From Octopus bimaculoides (taxonomy: Eukaryota): DNA of 64,000 nt. The position numbers and the translations under genes are program-made. Shown one piece after another: positions 48,698 through 62,033 of this stretch (position 1 is the stretch's first letter; each line of letters starts with the position of its first letter). The notes under the pieces are model-generated. The model saw only the letters and a list, made by a program, of their open reading frames with translations. It was not told where the DNA came from and searched no databases. Location: the NCBI RefSeq assembly GCF_001194135.2, contig NC_068983.1, forward strand, positions 115,589,418-115,653,417. The letters run 5' to 3'.

Positions 48698-50632
48698 ATA
48701 TATGTACATATGTGCACAGGCACAGGAGTGGCTGTGTGGTAAGTAAAAGAGTAAAGAGAGTATGCCTATGTAACTCCCATATACAAGGAGTTACATGTAT
48801 CAACAAATGTTTGCCTAAAGAGTTTGACAAGTTACACAAAGTGAAACTTGAGGTTTTTAGTAACTTTTAAAGTGTTTTTAGCTTAAAATATAACAATACA
48901 TACATGCCTGCATCATCATCATTTAGCATCTGTTTTCCATGCTGGCATGGGTAGGACAGTTTGACCAGAGCTGGCAAGGCCAGGGCCTGCACTAGGCCCC
49001 ACTTTTCTGACATGGTTTCTACGGTTGGATGCCCTACCTCATGCCAACGACTCCACAGAACGTACTGGGTACTTTTAACATGGCACCAGCTCTGGTCTCA
49101 ATTCTGCTGTAGCAGGCAGGTCTTTTTGCATACATGTATTATTATGAATGTACGTGTATTATGCAGACAGTTGTGTGGTTTAGAGGATTTGCTTTGCGAC
49201 CATATGGCTTCAGGTTCAGTCTCACTGCTTAGCACCTTGGGCAAGTGCCTTCTATTATAGCTCCATGAGTGCGTTTATCCCCACACCACTTGACAACCAA
49301 TGTTAGTCTATTTGTTTATGTCCCTATGACAGCCAGATCTCACCTGATGAAATGATGCAGTTATGCAATGATATGATATGTAATTATTACACAACAGCAA
49401 ACTGCATCATATTACATAGAGTATCATGTACGAAAGAAACCCCCAAAAATAAACAGACAGATCAAAACATCATTATGTGCATTTCAATAGCATGATCACT
49501 TAGTCATCATTTAACATCCATATTTCCACGCTGGCATGGGTTGGATGGTTGGACAGGAGCTGGCAAGTTTCTCCCCCTCTCTCTCTCTCCCTCTCCTTCT
49601 CTCTCTCTCTCTCTCTCCCTCCCCCTCTCTCTCTCTATATATATATATATATCTATATATATATAGAGAGAGAGAGAGAGAGAAAATACAAGGAGTTTAT
49701 GTCAGGATGACTCAGACTAATAGGTATGTATTCTGAGAGCCTGAATAATTATGCCACCAAAATTCTAGTTTGAACAGTAGTTGAAGTTATGGTTATGTGA
49801 TAGTTTAGTTCAAACTGGCTAAAAGTGGCTTCCCCTTGATTCAATAGGTGTAGGTTAAAGTAGTGAGGCAAAGCAAACATAACAAAGGCATTTAATTCAG
49901 TCTAAATTTAGCTATATAATGAGTGGTAAAAAATAGTGGAAATAGTCTCCAACAGCTGTTTCTGGGATATCTCAGCTATTGGAGCATCATATCGAGTGAA
50001 GACTCTGTATGTTGGGTTTCCATCATTGGAGAGATATAGGTCAGACTATGGAAGAATGTTCCTCATCAGTGACATTTGTGGTTCATTATGCGCAGGAGGG
50101 TGGGAGGTTCTGATTAAATCTAGTCAGATTGGATATTCTTTTGGCAAATCAATGATCAGAAAGAGTGGTTAAGTGGTACAGCAAGGTGAGGAGGGGAAAA
50201 AATTGTTATGCAGTACTCCTTATTATGGCAAGGAATGACCTTCGATATACTGAATAATATATATATCCAATACAGATCTCCTACCTTTGTATTTTTGCTC
50301 TTACCAGAATATATCTTTATTGCATGCACAATGCTGGATCTGCTAGTATTTACTTTCATTTCCTCTTAATATGGAGTACTGCATAACAATTCTGAAGAAT
50401 TGCTTCATATGAAAGGATTTGGGTGATTTCAAGCCAGTTGTATGAAAATGGTTAAGTTTCTATCTCATTGGGTTTCACATCACTGAAGTGTCCAATTGTT
50501 ACTTGCTCTCCTATCAGAGGGAAACCTGTATCCTGTTACTTAATGAGAAATAGCAACCAGATCTCCATTAGCTAGCTCTCTCCCACCTTCAAAATGGAAG
50601 GACATGTATAATGTAGTATTAGATATATTATG

Positions 50633-51023
50633 TGGAGGCGCAATGGCCCAGTGGTTAGGGCAGCGGACTCGCGGTCATAGGATCGCGGTTTCGATTCTCA
50701 GACCGAGCATTGTGAGTGTTTATTGAGCGAAAACACCTAAAGCTCCACGACGCTTCGGCAGGGGATGGTGGCGGACCCTACTGTACTCTTCCACCACAAC
50801 TTTCTCTCACTCTTACTTCCTGTTTCTGTTGTGCCTATAATTCAAAGGGCCAGCCTTGTCACACTCTGTGTCATGCTGAATATCCCCGGGAACTACATTA
50901 AGGGTACACGTGTCTGTGGAGTGCTCAGCCACTTACACGTTAATTTCACGAGCAGGCTGTTCCGTTGATCGGATCAACTGGAACCCTCAACGTTGTAAGC
51001 GACGGAGTGCCAACAGACAGAAC
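50633..51023 (+). mobile_element. tRNA-derived SINE, full length with 12-bp TSD
   Basis: A/B-box-like head ggaggcgcaatggcccagtgg...tttcgattc; agatatattatg at 50621-50632 and 51024-51035. Confidence 0.88.
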
Positions 51024-51697
51024 AGATATATTATGCTTGGAAAATGTATGGTGGCCTAAAATGATAACATAGCAAGTTCCTCTACATTGAATCATTAATG
51101 TCTATATAGAGTCTTTGAGGAAGATTCTATTCAATTTTTATATCTCATCAACCAGCTTTCTGCAATCTTTAATATTGTTAACTGCCATGTTTTAATTCTC
51201 TGAATGTTTGAGATTGTTGTTAATAAGATTATAATTACTTTGCTATTAACCTCTTTTTGTAAATGTGCCAGACACCTTAGTTGCTTGCTCTCCTACTAGA
51301 AAGGAGACTGTAAGAATGAAATAAAAGTTTCTAGTTCTACTCCAGTCTAGCAACTATTATCAACAAATAAAACAACTGATGACAAATGACTATCAAAAAT
51401 GTTAAGTTGACATAAGTATACGTTTTGCTATTTTCTTAAGGTGAGGCCAATAGTTGCAATATTTATAATCTTACCCATATTTTTAGGTTCTAAATCATAT
51501 GACATCAGGCCCCCATAATAAGGTTCAACTGAAACAAATTAAAACAGCAGGGGTCTTTGTGTATCTGCAGTGAGCAAGTTTATTCAAGCAGTTTAATGAA
51601 GCTATTCAACAGCAAAAACAAGAACAACAAAATCATATCTGTAACTATAAATATTAGAATGCACAGAATGATCTATAAATAGCTTATGTATAGATTG

Positions 51698-52112
51698 TAT
51701 TGCTGTGTGGTAAGAAGCTTGCTTCTCAACCACATGGTTCTGGGTTCAGTCCCATTGCATGCATCTTGGGTAAGTACCTTCTATTATTGCCTATATATAT
51801 ATAGGTTATGAGTAATAGTGGTGTCAATTAGAACCAGAGGTTTCAGATAATATATATTTACACACACACACACACACATGCACGAGTGTGTGTGTGTGTG
51901 TGTGTTTTTGTCCCCCACCACTGCTTGACAACTGGTGCTCATGTGTTTACATGCCCGTAACTTAACAGTTCGGCAAATAGGACTGACAATAAATATCAGG
52001 CTTAAAAAGGTAAGTACTGAGGTTGATGTATTTGACGAAAAAAAATTCTCCAAGGCAGTACCACAGCATGGCCACAGTCTAATGACTGGAAAAGATAAAA
52101 AATAAAGAAAGA
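51698..52112 (+). mobile_element. Composite tRNA/CORE-like SINE
   Basis: Same family as 48312. Confidence 0.7.
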
Positions 52113-52210
52113 CAAACAGGCAGACACACACAAACACCCAAACACACCTCATGCACATACACATAAAGTAGGAAATTAATCTTTGCTAGTGTTGACTGTT
52201 ATTTTTGCAG

Positions 52211-52383
52211 ATTCCCTATTCCTGACTTACGCAGTGAACCACAGGTAGATCGTTTGCCTTGGTGGAAACGGAATTTACGCCAAGAGGTACTTGTTTTGAA
52301 GCTAAATGGTGCATCATTCCACACTATCTTAAATTCAAATGACAGCAGGAAAATATATGAATTGAAATGCCATTCTTTGAATG
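52211..52383 (+). CDS. ATG2: ATG2 exon
   Basis: RFPIPDLRSEPQVDRLPWWKRNLRQEVL resembles ATG2B RFPIPDLRSDQERGPWFKKSLQKEIL; gtaagt donor. Confidence 0.93.
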
Positions 52384-52648
52384 GTAAGTATCATTAATGT
52401 CACTTTTAATCCATTGTTTTTAAATTTTCTTTTCTATACTTATTTGCCTTGTCACTATATTTGCCTGGATAGGAAATTTTAGACCTTTTCATATTGTATT
52501 GCAAGTTTCATTTTGCTGTAGCTAAATTCCTTTCCTACAAACAACCATTCAGCCTATTAACTTGACAGCTGTAAACCTCACCTTCAGTTGCCTTTGTCAT
52601 GCAACATTAACCAGAAGTAACTATATCCTGATGAAAGCACATCTTTAA

Positions 52649-52867
52649 CCCTTTAGTATTTAAACCGGCCATATCCGGCCAAAATATTTAATCTGTTTTA
52701 TGTTCAAACTGACCAGATCCAGGCACTCACACCTACCCTACAATGTTATTCTACATTAAGTAATTACACCATCAAGATCTTGAAGATATGAGATAATGCA
52801 TGATTAATTCAAATCAATGTGAATCAATAAGCATTATGTTTGATAGAATAATCTGAACACTAAAAGG
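52649..52867 (+). mobile_element. piggyBac-type MITE
   Basis: ttaa|ccctttagtatt...taaaagg|ttaa. Confidence 0.75.
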
Positions 52868-54190
52868 TTAACATAACTAATATCATATTACAATAACTGG
52901 CCCTTCTTTTCAAGGCCATAAGATATTTCAACCCCTAACAATTATTGATACCTTACCAAGCTTAAGAAAAGCTCTCAATAGTGTATAGCTCTCACTCCTG
53001 GAACTGCGTTACCACTACACGCAGATATCCTGAATTGCATTCCAAAAAGGGGCACTCAACTTATTTGCATAAAATCACTTACAAACTCACTCCTGCCTCT
53101 GGGTCACAAGAGTACTGTCCCCTCACTCTGCCTTTTTTCACTGCCACTATAAAGCTTCCACTCCTCAGAGATGGCTGGGCTCATGCCACCTCTACACATC
53201 CACTCTCATGTCACTGCTCGCTTTTTTTTTTCCATCATCCTTGTTGTTTCTAAACCTGAGACCCACCACTAATCACTCTGTCCAGTTATTTTTTTCTCTA
53301 TCCTTCTGATATTCCCTCTCTTCTCATATTTTTCCTGCAAGTGTTGACTTTCAAATGTTCAAGAGGAACATTAATGACATCAATCTGGTCCACACTCTAA
53401 AGTGGTTGGCATTTGGAAGAACAATCAGCTGTGAAAACCATGCCAAAACTGACCTCACCTGTGCTTGTACCTTGTAAAAAGCACTTAGTCCAGTCTGCTG
53501 GGTGGTTGGTGATAGGAAGGGCATCCAGCTATAAAAATCTTGCCAAAACAAACACAGAAGTCTGGTGCAGTCTTCTGCCTGGCCAGCTCCTGTCAAAATG
53601 TCCAACTCATGCCAGCAAGTAAGGTGGATGTTAAATGATGATGAATCTCACCAATCTAGGAGGGCTAGCAAAGGTCATGACCACTGCCCTTTCCTCTAAA
53701 CTTGGCATTCAAAAAAAAAGAATGAGATTTCAAAATTGTAACAATGGTTCATAGGAATGTTTTTCTTAATAATGCTTGTTTAAGCAGCTTCATTATTTCT
53801 CTCTTTGGTAGAGTTTTAAAATTTAGGGGCAGTGGCACTCATTTAGGAAAATGCAATATGTATGATTTTGTCCTAGAAAATAGCTACCTTGTTCTGTTAA
53901 TGTTTAAATAGTAAATATCAGAACTAAATAACTTAATATATTAAAAATATGAGGAAAGTAGTTGAGAAAAAGTAACAGTTATTAAAGGTCTTGGGTTTTT
54001 TTTTTTTTTTTTCCATTCATTAACTTTTATTCTTGTTTGTAACTATTTCATTTCACTCAAGTTTGTGGTACATAGTTCTTTTATTGGTACATCATACAGT
54101 GATTCTGTTTCAGAATGTCCTGCAAGTTTCTACAGAATTCTTTACAGAATATATTTTATATTGTCTATTAATCATAATGATTTATTTTAG

Positions 54191-54287
54191 GAAGTCTTGA
54201 AGAGAGTCCAGATTCTTCTCCAGTCCACTTCATTACAGTTGAACCAGAAGATGAGTCTGCACATAGTTATGGATTCAATTGGCCCCG
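54191..54287 (+). CDS. ATG2: ATG2 exon
   Basis: GSLEESPDSSPVHFITV...FNWPR resembles ATG2B GSFQEE...FDWPR; phases fit. Confidence 0.88.
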
Positions 54288-54374
54288 GTATTTATTTTAC
54301 ATTCATTTATAAACTTTTAGTATTTAATTTGTGGTTGATTACTACCACAAATTCCAACCTCTTGTCATAGTTCA

Positions 54375-55390
54375 TGTGGTGGTGGCAAAAGTCTGGGATT
54401 GCCTCATTAAGCTATACTGTCCGATGAAAGAAACTTTTACTTTTTCCTGCTCTGGCAAGAAGATCATCTCTGGTAATCTGGTATGCTGATGACATAGTGC
54501 CCTTCACAGACAACACAAAAGATGCTGAACATTTACTCCATCTCCTGGAAAATGTTGCTGCTAATATAGGACTATATGTGAATGAAAAGAAGACAGAGTT
54601 TATTACCTTGAACACAACACGTGAAATCAGAACCATCAAACAGAGGCCCTTGAGAAATGTCAACAAGTTTACTTACCTAGGTAGCAATATCATGTCCACT
54701 GAAAAAGATATTAAATCTTGGGTTGCTAAGGCTCGGGCAGCTATAGACAGTCTTAGAACAATATGGAAGTCAACCCTACCAGATAAATTGCAGAGACAGT
54801 TCTTCAGAGCAGTTGTTGAATCTGTGCTTGTATATGGATCTCCAACTTGGACTCTCACCAAGAGACTCAGGTGCCTAATATGACAGAATAAGTTGAGCGG
54901 TCTTGTAAAGGCTTCGACATTAGTCTATTTAATATCTATTACACTAGTATTAAATACATTTCTTTTATCAAGGCACCCTAGCGAGTTCCCCTTCTAGGCA
55001 CAAGTATGGGCAAGATTGTTTATGGAAGAGTATTAGTCGCCCATGCATACATGCCTTGCCTCTCCATGCCACCGATATTAGCAGTGCTCAACATCTCTTG
55101 GAGGGAGCACCCAACAAAACAATGGTTATACAGGAATGTACCAACTCTCTCATCAACTATCCAAGAGCGGAGGTTGAGGTTTGCAGGCCACTGCTGGAGA
55201 AGTAAAGAAGAACTTGTGAGTAATTTGTTGCTGTGGACATCATATCATGGTACGACAGTGGCTGGAAGACCACGGAAGACATATATACAATAGCTTGCAG
55301 ATGTTGGATGTTGAAAATACTAATGGAGGATCAGTAGGGATGGTGAAAGGTAGTCAGGCTGGCCCGGGCAATCAGCCTGTCTGGATGATG
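54375..55390 (+). mobile_element. RTE-superfamily LINE 3' part, rearranged
   Basis: YADD at 54482, FTYLGS, ESVLVYGSPTW, RRLRFAGHCWR, GRPRKTY; interrupted by inserts at 54876-55082; 54375-54478 may be a 5' inversion. Confidence 0.82.
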
Positions 55391-55571
55391 CCTTGATAAA
55401 AGAAATGTATTTAATACTAGTGTAATAGATATTAAATAGACTAATGTCGAAGCCTTTACAAGACCGCTCAACTTATTCTGTCATATTAAAAAAATAAATA
55501 CAGCACATTAGATCATATTGTATAACAGAATGGTCACAAGTGCAATGCTGTTGATTGTGTCTTGTTCATCT

Positions 55572-55890
55572 GAGTCTAAACTGTAAAGAGTAAAGACCCC
55601 CTTTGGTCATGAATGTCCATGGGATTGCACCCCAGCGAGTTCCCCTTCTAGGCACAAGTATGGGCAAGATTGTTTATGGAAGAGTATTAGTCGCCCATGC
55701 ATACATGCCTTGCCTCTCCATGCCACCGATATTAGCCTAGGGAAAGGCACCAGTGACGTTGTAACTCATTTCTATAGCTGAGTAAACTGGAGTAACATGA
55801 AATAAAGTGTCTTGATCAAGAATACAACACACAGCCCAGTCTAGGAATCAAACTCACATCCTTATGATTGTAAGCCTGATGCTCTAACCA
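55572..55890 (-). mobile_element. tRNA-derived SINE
   Basis: Minus strand begins tgaaggtgcatggctcagtggttagagc...gagtttgattcc; a related remnant lies at ~7120-7330. Confidence 0.65.
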
Positions 55891-56291
55891 CTGAGCCATG
55901 CACCTTCACTGTCATATGGGTATGTGAAAATGGGTATTAAAATGATCATGTGAAATCAGTTTATTGATAAGTTGTAGCAATAATTCTTTCCATTATCTTC
56001 ATTGCAGTTGTTTTTTCTTTAGTTATTTTTATTTTTTGATATTTCATGTTTCCAATTATTGTTTGAGCAGTGTGTTGAACTTTAGAAAACTGGACCAACC
56101 CTGTAAAATTGCTTAGTTGTAAAAAAAATGCTTAGTTATAAAAACTGTCATTAGACATAATTATCTATTTCAGGTGAGAAATACAAGTAGGCCCACTGAT
56201 AGGGAAGTTGCCTGTTTCTGTAACTAATGTCTCATGTATTGTAAAACTGTTATTCATTTATTTATTTATTTTGTTTATTCATTTTTCTCAG

Positions 56292-56493
56292 AATGGTTAT
56301 CACACAGACACAAGAACTTAACTCACTTTTAGAAGAAGAAAACAATGAGTCAGATGAAAGTACAAACTTTGACTCTTTGAATGGAGCTTGTCAGTTTAAG
56401 AAGCCAGAACCATCACCATTCTCTACAAAGAAGTTCATGTATCATAAAGAGGAAGTTTCTGACAAAAGCGAAGTGAAAAATGTCAGTGAAGAG
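56292..56493 (+). CDS. ATG2: ATG2 exon
   Basis: MVITQTQELNSLLEEE...CQFKKPEPSPFSTKKFMY resembles ATG2B CDLRRPAPSPFSSRRVMF; donor position slightly uncertain. Confidence 0.85.
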
Positions 56494-57090
56494 GTAGAAA
56501 TAAGCTTTTTTTTTTCACTTTGGTTATTTTTCTGGAACATTTCAGAAGAGAATGTACTGTTTAGATGAGATTAGGTGGCTGCACTGTTGATCACCTGATT
56601 ACAATGAGTAACACGATTTTTGTCCTTGGGTAGCGACTGATATTTCCTATTTGCTTAACCCTGGACAGTGTAGAAAATGGCTAATATTTTTTCAAACTTT
56701 GCTTTTCTTATATTTATTCAAATCCCAAAGAACCCCTCTCAACAGCTTGTTATGATGCTCACCAACTATTCCTGCTCATGATCAGAGATGCACATATTGT
56801 TAGCTTCTAAGAGACATACTTAGGTTGTTATGGTCAAGCAACTTAGAAGCAAATCTGTAGTATTGAGTAGAATATTTGCTATAACAATATTTCTGCTTCA
56901 GAATCTCAGTACTGAATTTGTCTGAAATGTAATGGAAAATAAGCCAGTTTCAAAGCATTGATGTCCTGGTCAAAAAAGCAAAGTTTGAAGGGAATAGTTG
57001 TAATTTCTTTTGATCCCTAGATAGAAGCAAATAGGAAAATAACACTTATTGACCAAAGGCAAAAACAAATTAAAATTTTGTTACACAGTG

Positions 57091-57456
57091 CAGGCATGAC
57101 TGTGTGGTAAGAAGCTTGTTTCCCAACCACATGTGTAGCACCTTGGGCAAGTGTCTTCTACTCTAGCCTCAGGCCAACCAAGACCTTGTGAGTGGATTTG
57201 GTAGATGACAACTGAAAGAAGCCCGTCATATATGTGTGTTTGTGTGTGTGTTTGTCTCCCATCATCGCTTGACAACTGGTGTTGGTGTGTTTACATCCTT
57301 AACGATTTGAAACTTAGTTGTTCAGCTAAAGAGACTGATACAATGAGTACTAAGCTTAAAAAATAAGTCCTGGGGTCGATTTGTTCAACTAAAAAAACCC
57401 TTCAAGGCAATGCTCCAGCATGGCTACAGTCAAATGTCTGAAACAAGTAAAAGAAA
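57091..57456 (+). mobile_element. Composite tRNA/CORE-like SINE
   Basis: Same family as 48312. Confidence 0.75.
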
Positions 57457-57622
57457 GTGTTAATCATTCAAATATTTTCTACTAAGCACTTGTCTCCTTG
57501 GACAATGTACATAACATTACTCTCTTTAATTTTTCTTGACTGACTGTGCTTTCTAATCTTTCTTCATTGTTGAATGGTTAGTTGGTGGGGTGAGCATTAA
57601 GCTTAAATATAATTGTTTCAAT

Positions 57623-57991
57623 TTGTTGGCACTCCGTCGCTTACGACATTGAGTGTTCCAGTTGATCCGATCAACGGAACAGCCTGCTCGTGAAATTAAC
57701 GTGCAAGTGGCTGAGCACTCCACAGACACGTGTATCCTTAACGTAGTTCTCGGGGATATTCAGCGTGACACAGTGTGACAAGGCTGACCCTTTGAATTAC
57801 AGGCACAACAGAAACAGGAAGTAAGAGTGAGAGAAAGTTGTGATGAAAGAGTACAGCAGGGTTTGCCACCATCCCCTGCCGGAGCCTCGTGGAGCTTTAG
57901 GTGTTTTCGCTCAATAAACACTCACAACGCCCGGTCTGGGAATCGAAACCACGAGTCCGCTGCCATAACCACTGGGCCATTGCGCCTCCAC
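57623..57991 (-). mobile_element. tRNA-derived SINE, same family, 12-bp TSD
   Basis: Reverse complement of the 50633 copy; aattgtttcaat at 57611-57622 and 57992-58003. Confidence 0.88.
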
Positions 57992-58092
57992 AATTGTTTC
58001 AATAAAAGCCATCCTAATATGCTAATTTTGAAAATACATATAAAATAGTTTTCAAAAATCAATAAATTTTATAATTAATTTTATTTTTTTAA

Positions 58093-58313
58093 CTCTTTTG
58101 CATTTAAACCAGCTATATCTGACTCAAATATTCTACCTGTTTTAGGTTCAAACTGGCCAGATCCAGCCTCTTGTGTGTATTCCTACAGTATCATTCTAGA
58201 AATATACAATCACATCATTGAAATCTTGATGTTATAAGATAATGCATGATGAATTTATAGTGATGTGAATAAATAAGCATTTCATTTGACTGAATAATCG
58301 GAATGCTAACGGG
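58093..58313 (+). mobile_element. piggyBac-type MITE
   Basis: ttaa flanks at 58089-58092 and 58314-58317; same interior. Confidence 0.72.
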
Positions 58314-58867
58314 TTAATCTTTTGTTATGAAGTTGTAAAGAACTTTATTTGTTGAATAACTTAGTACTGTAATATCAACCAAAACTGTCTTTCAGTGGCC
58401 TCAAAGCTATACTGGGACGTTCAAACAAACAATATTGTGTGACTTTTAAACTTTTAAGTTTCACATCCTGGAAGGAATCGGTGTCAGATGATCATTGAAT
58501 GCCTCAGCATTTTAGTTAACATTTATTTAGATTTAACTTAGATATTTACACTCATTTACATTGGCATCCACTTACTAACACCCATGCATAAAGATAGGGT
58601 GATATATCTATCTATCTGTCTGACTGTTCAGACAGTCAAAGAAACAGAGACAGAAACAGACCTACTTGCTTATCATTCAGGGAAGAAGAGTTCTAGTATT
58701 CCATTAAATAAATAATATGAAATTCTCACAATGAGTTATGTGAATCTATTTTTCTGTCCCTGAAATTCTGTGCTTTATCACCCATGTCATTATGTTATAA
58801 TATCTGTTGTTTTTCAAAGATCTGTTATGTTGTATTTGAAATGATTAGTTTTCATTTTACTCTATAG

Positions 58868-59010
58868 CTTATATTACCTGGTGACAAGGAAGAATTAAAA
58901 GAATTCCAAGATAAAACATCTGCAAATTCTTGCTTACTCTTTGAAATAACTGTTCCCAGTGGAAATGTCACTTTCCCAGATAAGCAGTTTTATGAACTTT
59001 TATATAACAG
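58868..59010 (+). CDS. ATG2: ATG2 exon
   Basis: LILPGDKEELKEFQDK...FYELLYNR resembles ATG2B MVMPGDPVEMTEFQDK...FYEKLYNR. Confidence 0.92.
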
Positions 59011-59078
59011 GTTGGTATTTTTCATTTCAAATTTTCACTTGTATATATATATAATAATTTCTTTCTACTTATAGCTAA

Positions 59079-59111
<33 letters not shown>

Positions 59112-59189
59112 CATATACATATGTATATATATATATATATNNNNNNNNNNATATATATTTATATATATATATGTATATGTTAGTATGTT

Positions 59190-59550
59190 TGTATGCATGT
59201 ACATCCTCAGCTCAAACCACAAAAACAGTACAAAGACTGGCCTAAAAGGCAATCTAAAAGAACTGCAGACCAATGTAAAATACTGAGAAGAACTAGCTTT
59301 GGAAAGGGCTGAGTGGAGGAAGCATTTAGAGAAGGTTTCAAAATCTTTGAAGTGGTTCACCTTGAGCATGAAAGTTTAAAGCACTGGCTTCAGAGTGGTT
59401 TTAATTGGAACCTCAAGGAAAACATATGCTGGTGGTGTGAGACACAGTGGTTGTGTACTCCTTTCCAAGGCTGCGTATGTCAACCATCTGAAGTCCCATG
59501 AAAGATCAACTGTATGCAGTGTCTTTTCTTCTTGACCAGGTGATTCAACA
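59190..59550 (+). mobile_element. Degenerate LINE ORF2 C-terminal remnant
   Basis: KPQKQYKD-like segment and later residues resemble RTE-type C-termini; frameshifted. Confidence 0.4.
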
Positions 59551-60230
59551 TGTGTAGTGATTGAAAGGGCTTGCAAGTCAGTTTCATGTCTGAATAGACT
59601 TATGGTGGTTCATTAGGATCATATTTCACAGAGTGATGCAATGAATCCAGTGGAAGTTATGACTTTTGTCTGTCACTTCTGCTTCAAAATCATGTAGATT
59701 TGCAACTGAAAGGTCATGGATGAAATACCACTGACAATGGGGAAGCTCAGAGAGATTGCAATCATCTGTCAAGCCTATGCATGTCCTCAGCAGTCACAGC
59801 CCATGTTTCACTGTCGTGTACCATGGCTGTTCACACACAGGCATCATACAATCTGCCTTTCACTCTGAGGGAGAGGCCCTTAGATACCAAAAAAAGGTAG
59901 AAGCTCTCTGAACTTTGCCCAGCCTCTTCTTGTTCTAGCAGCTACACTCTTGGAGCATCCATCTCTGCTTCTGACTTGGTTACCTAGATAACGGAAGCTA
60001 TCAACTACTTCTTGGTATCCCCCCCTCCTTGTATTTGATGGAGTTTATTTTCTCTACATTTCTAGTGTTTATTGTACCTGTACATCTGCCACACACAAAG
60101 ACTGTTTTCCCTGTTAATCTTTCTCTCATATTACTGCTCCTCTTATGTGTCCATAATTTGCACTGGGTACATCTTATGGAGTTTCTACCTATGCATTTTC
60201 TACATATTGAGCAGGGTCAACTATCAGAAA

Positions 60231-60270
<40 letters not shown>

Positions 60271-60277
60271 CTATATA

Positions 60278-60435
60278 TAGATATCCCTATACTTAGCTTT
60301 TGTGGACTTGGAGAAAGCTTTTGACAGGGTCCCTTAATCCCTTATCTGACGGGTGATGTGGAAACTGGGGATTGACGAATGGTTAATAAGGGCTGTACAG
60401 GGCCTATACAGAGAGGCCATTAGTAAGGTTAGGGA
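60278..60435 (+). mobile_element. RTE RT fragment
   Basis: YLAFVDLEKAFDRVP...KLGIDEWLIRAV, similar to the 17945 copy. Confidence 0.8.
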
Positions 60436-61884
60436 AATAGATAGACAGAACAGACAGGCAAATAGGTAGATAGAGGTGGAGAGACACACACACATACACA
60501 CACATATCGTTGAAGAGAATTGTGTGTGTACTCAATATTAAGTGCTATGAAATTGAAATTAAATCTTCTGTGACATAGTTTTAATTACAAGTTGTTGATA
60601 TTTCATTTTATTTACATTATTAATGTTCCATGAAAAAAGTATGAACTTACAACTTATATTTTCTCGCCAGTAAAGTCAATAGACTTAAACATTGTTCAAA
60701 AGATTACTGGGATTGTGTTAGATATTTAAAATATTGTTTGGTTTGTCGATAATAAGACAGTACAGTCTTTCTAGAGCTGAGTATGTTATATCAAGCCATC
60801 TAGTTACTTAGTGAAGGTTACGTTCAAGGAAGTTAATTGAAGTATTTATTGTGTTTTTAGGTATGATATATAGATTTATGTCTCTGAAAGATATTTTGTT
60901 TCAGTTGAAATTGAATACAAACAGGGTTTGGATCTGAATGGAGACTTCAGGGCTACCAAATATTTCTTCTTGATGTACAAAAGATATAAGCACCAAAATT
61001 TGCTTTCGCAAGCTTAGACTGTTTAGTGGAATCTGAAAAATTGATACTTGGATTGATTACAAATGATTACTTAAAACATTCTGAATAGTAGACTGCCTTG
61101 ATTTCTGCACCACTCACAGTTAAATGCAACATAAAGTATAGCATACCTAATATGCTAGATTTTAGCAATAACCAAAAAACTTTTGTTTAGTGACCTCTGT
61201 ATTGCAATATATAAATATATATACATATAAATAAAATGGGCCCAATAGGTTGCTGGATCTTCTTAGATGCATCCAGATTGGATCACTTCAGAAGTATTGT
61301 AATTATTGTAAGCCAATGAAATACCAAAATCATTCAGGAATAGAGCCAGTATATTTTTTCTTTATAAATATTAGTCTAATGAATAGAACCAACTTAAGTT
61401 CTTCTTTATTTCTAGACCAGGGATAATTTGGATAACTGGGAGAAGTGTAAGCCTGGGTTGGGGTTTGTCTTCTTTTGCTGGGTGCAGATTAGTATATGGG
61501 TGAAGGTGAGGATATATTCCAGATGGGATGAGCATATTTGTACTTTAAATAAGGTTGACTGAAACATATTTCTAAAAGATATGAGACATTATAAATACCA
61601 ATCTAAGGAAAAGAGCATTAGATGCTTTGATAGTATTTCAGTGGAGAAAATAAATATGAATAATGATGTTTTGTGCATGTACGTGTGTGTGGGTGTACGT
61701 ACATATATGCACATATACACACATGAAGTGACAATCAGAGACTGAGAGAATATAGATGTATTTATTCATAGAAAGAAGAGAGAGAGAGAAAGAAGTGCTA
61801 AATTCTTATTCTCTTTGTATGTTTGTGTATACAATGTTTAAATGATGTTTCAATTTTTCATGTCTTCTTTTTTGTATTTTGCAG

Positions 61885-62033
61885 AATCAGTAATGACTTA
61901 TTGTTATGGGAACCAACAGCACCATTTCCTCTTTCCACCCAAGAGCAAAGTTTATTGCCAGGTCAAACTCTAGATAACACTTTTAGAGTGCAGTACCTTC
62001 ATCCTGACTATATGTCAGAACCACGCAGCAGTA
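61885..62033 (+). CDS. ATG2: ATG2 exon (last seen; gene continues beyond the window)
   Basis: ISNDLLLWEPTAP resembles ATG2B IFNDLLLWEPTAP; gtaagt donor at 62034. Confidence 0.92.

Noticed and set aside
50633-50710. tRNA-like sequences here, at 45205 and at 55820
   Set aside because: No closed acceptor stem, and each continues into a repeat body; they are SINE heads, not tRNA genes.
51488-51570. Possible extra ATG2 exon (ttttag...ctgcag tgag)
   Set aside because: The exons ending at 41059 and starting at 52211 already join in frame through the conserved R-FPIPDLR motif; no ATG2-like motif here.
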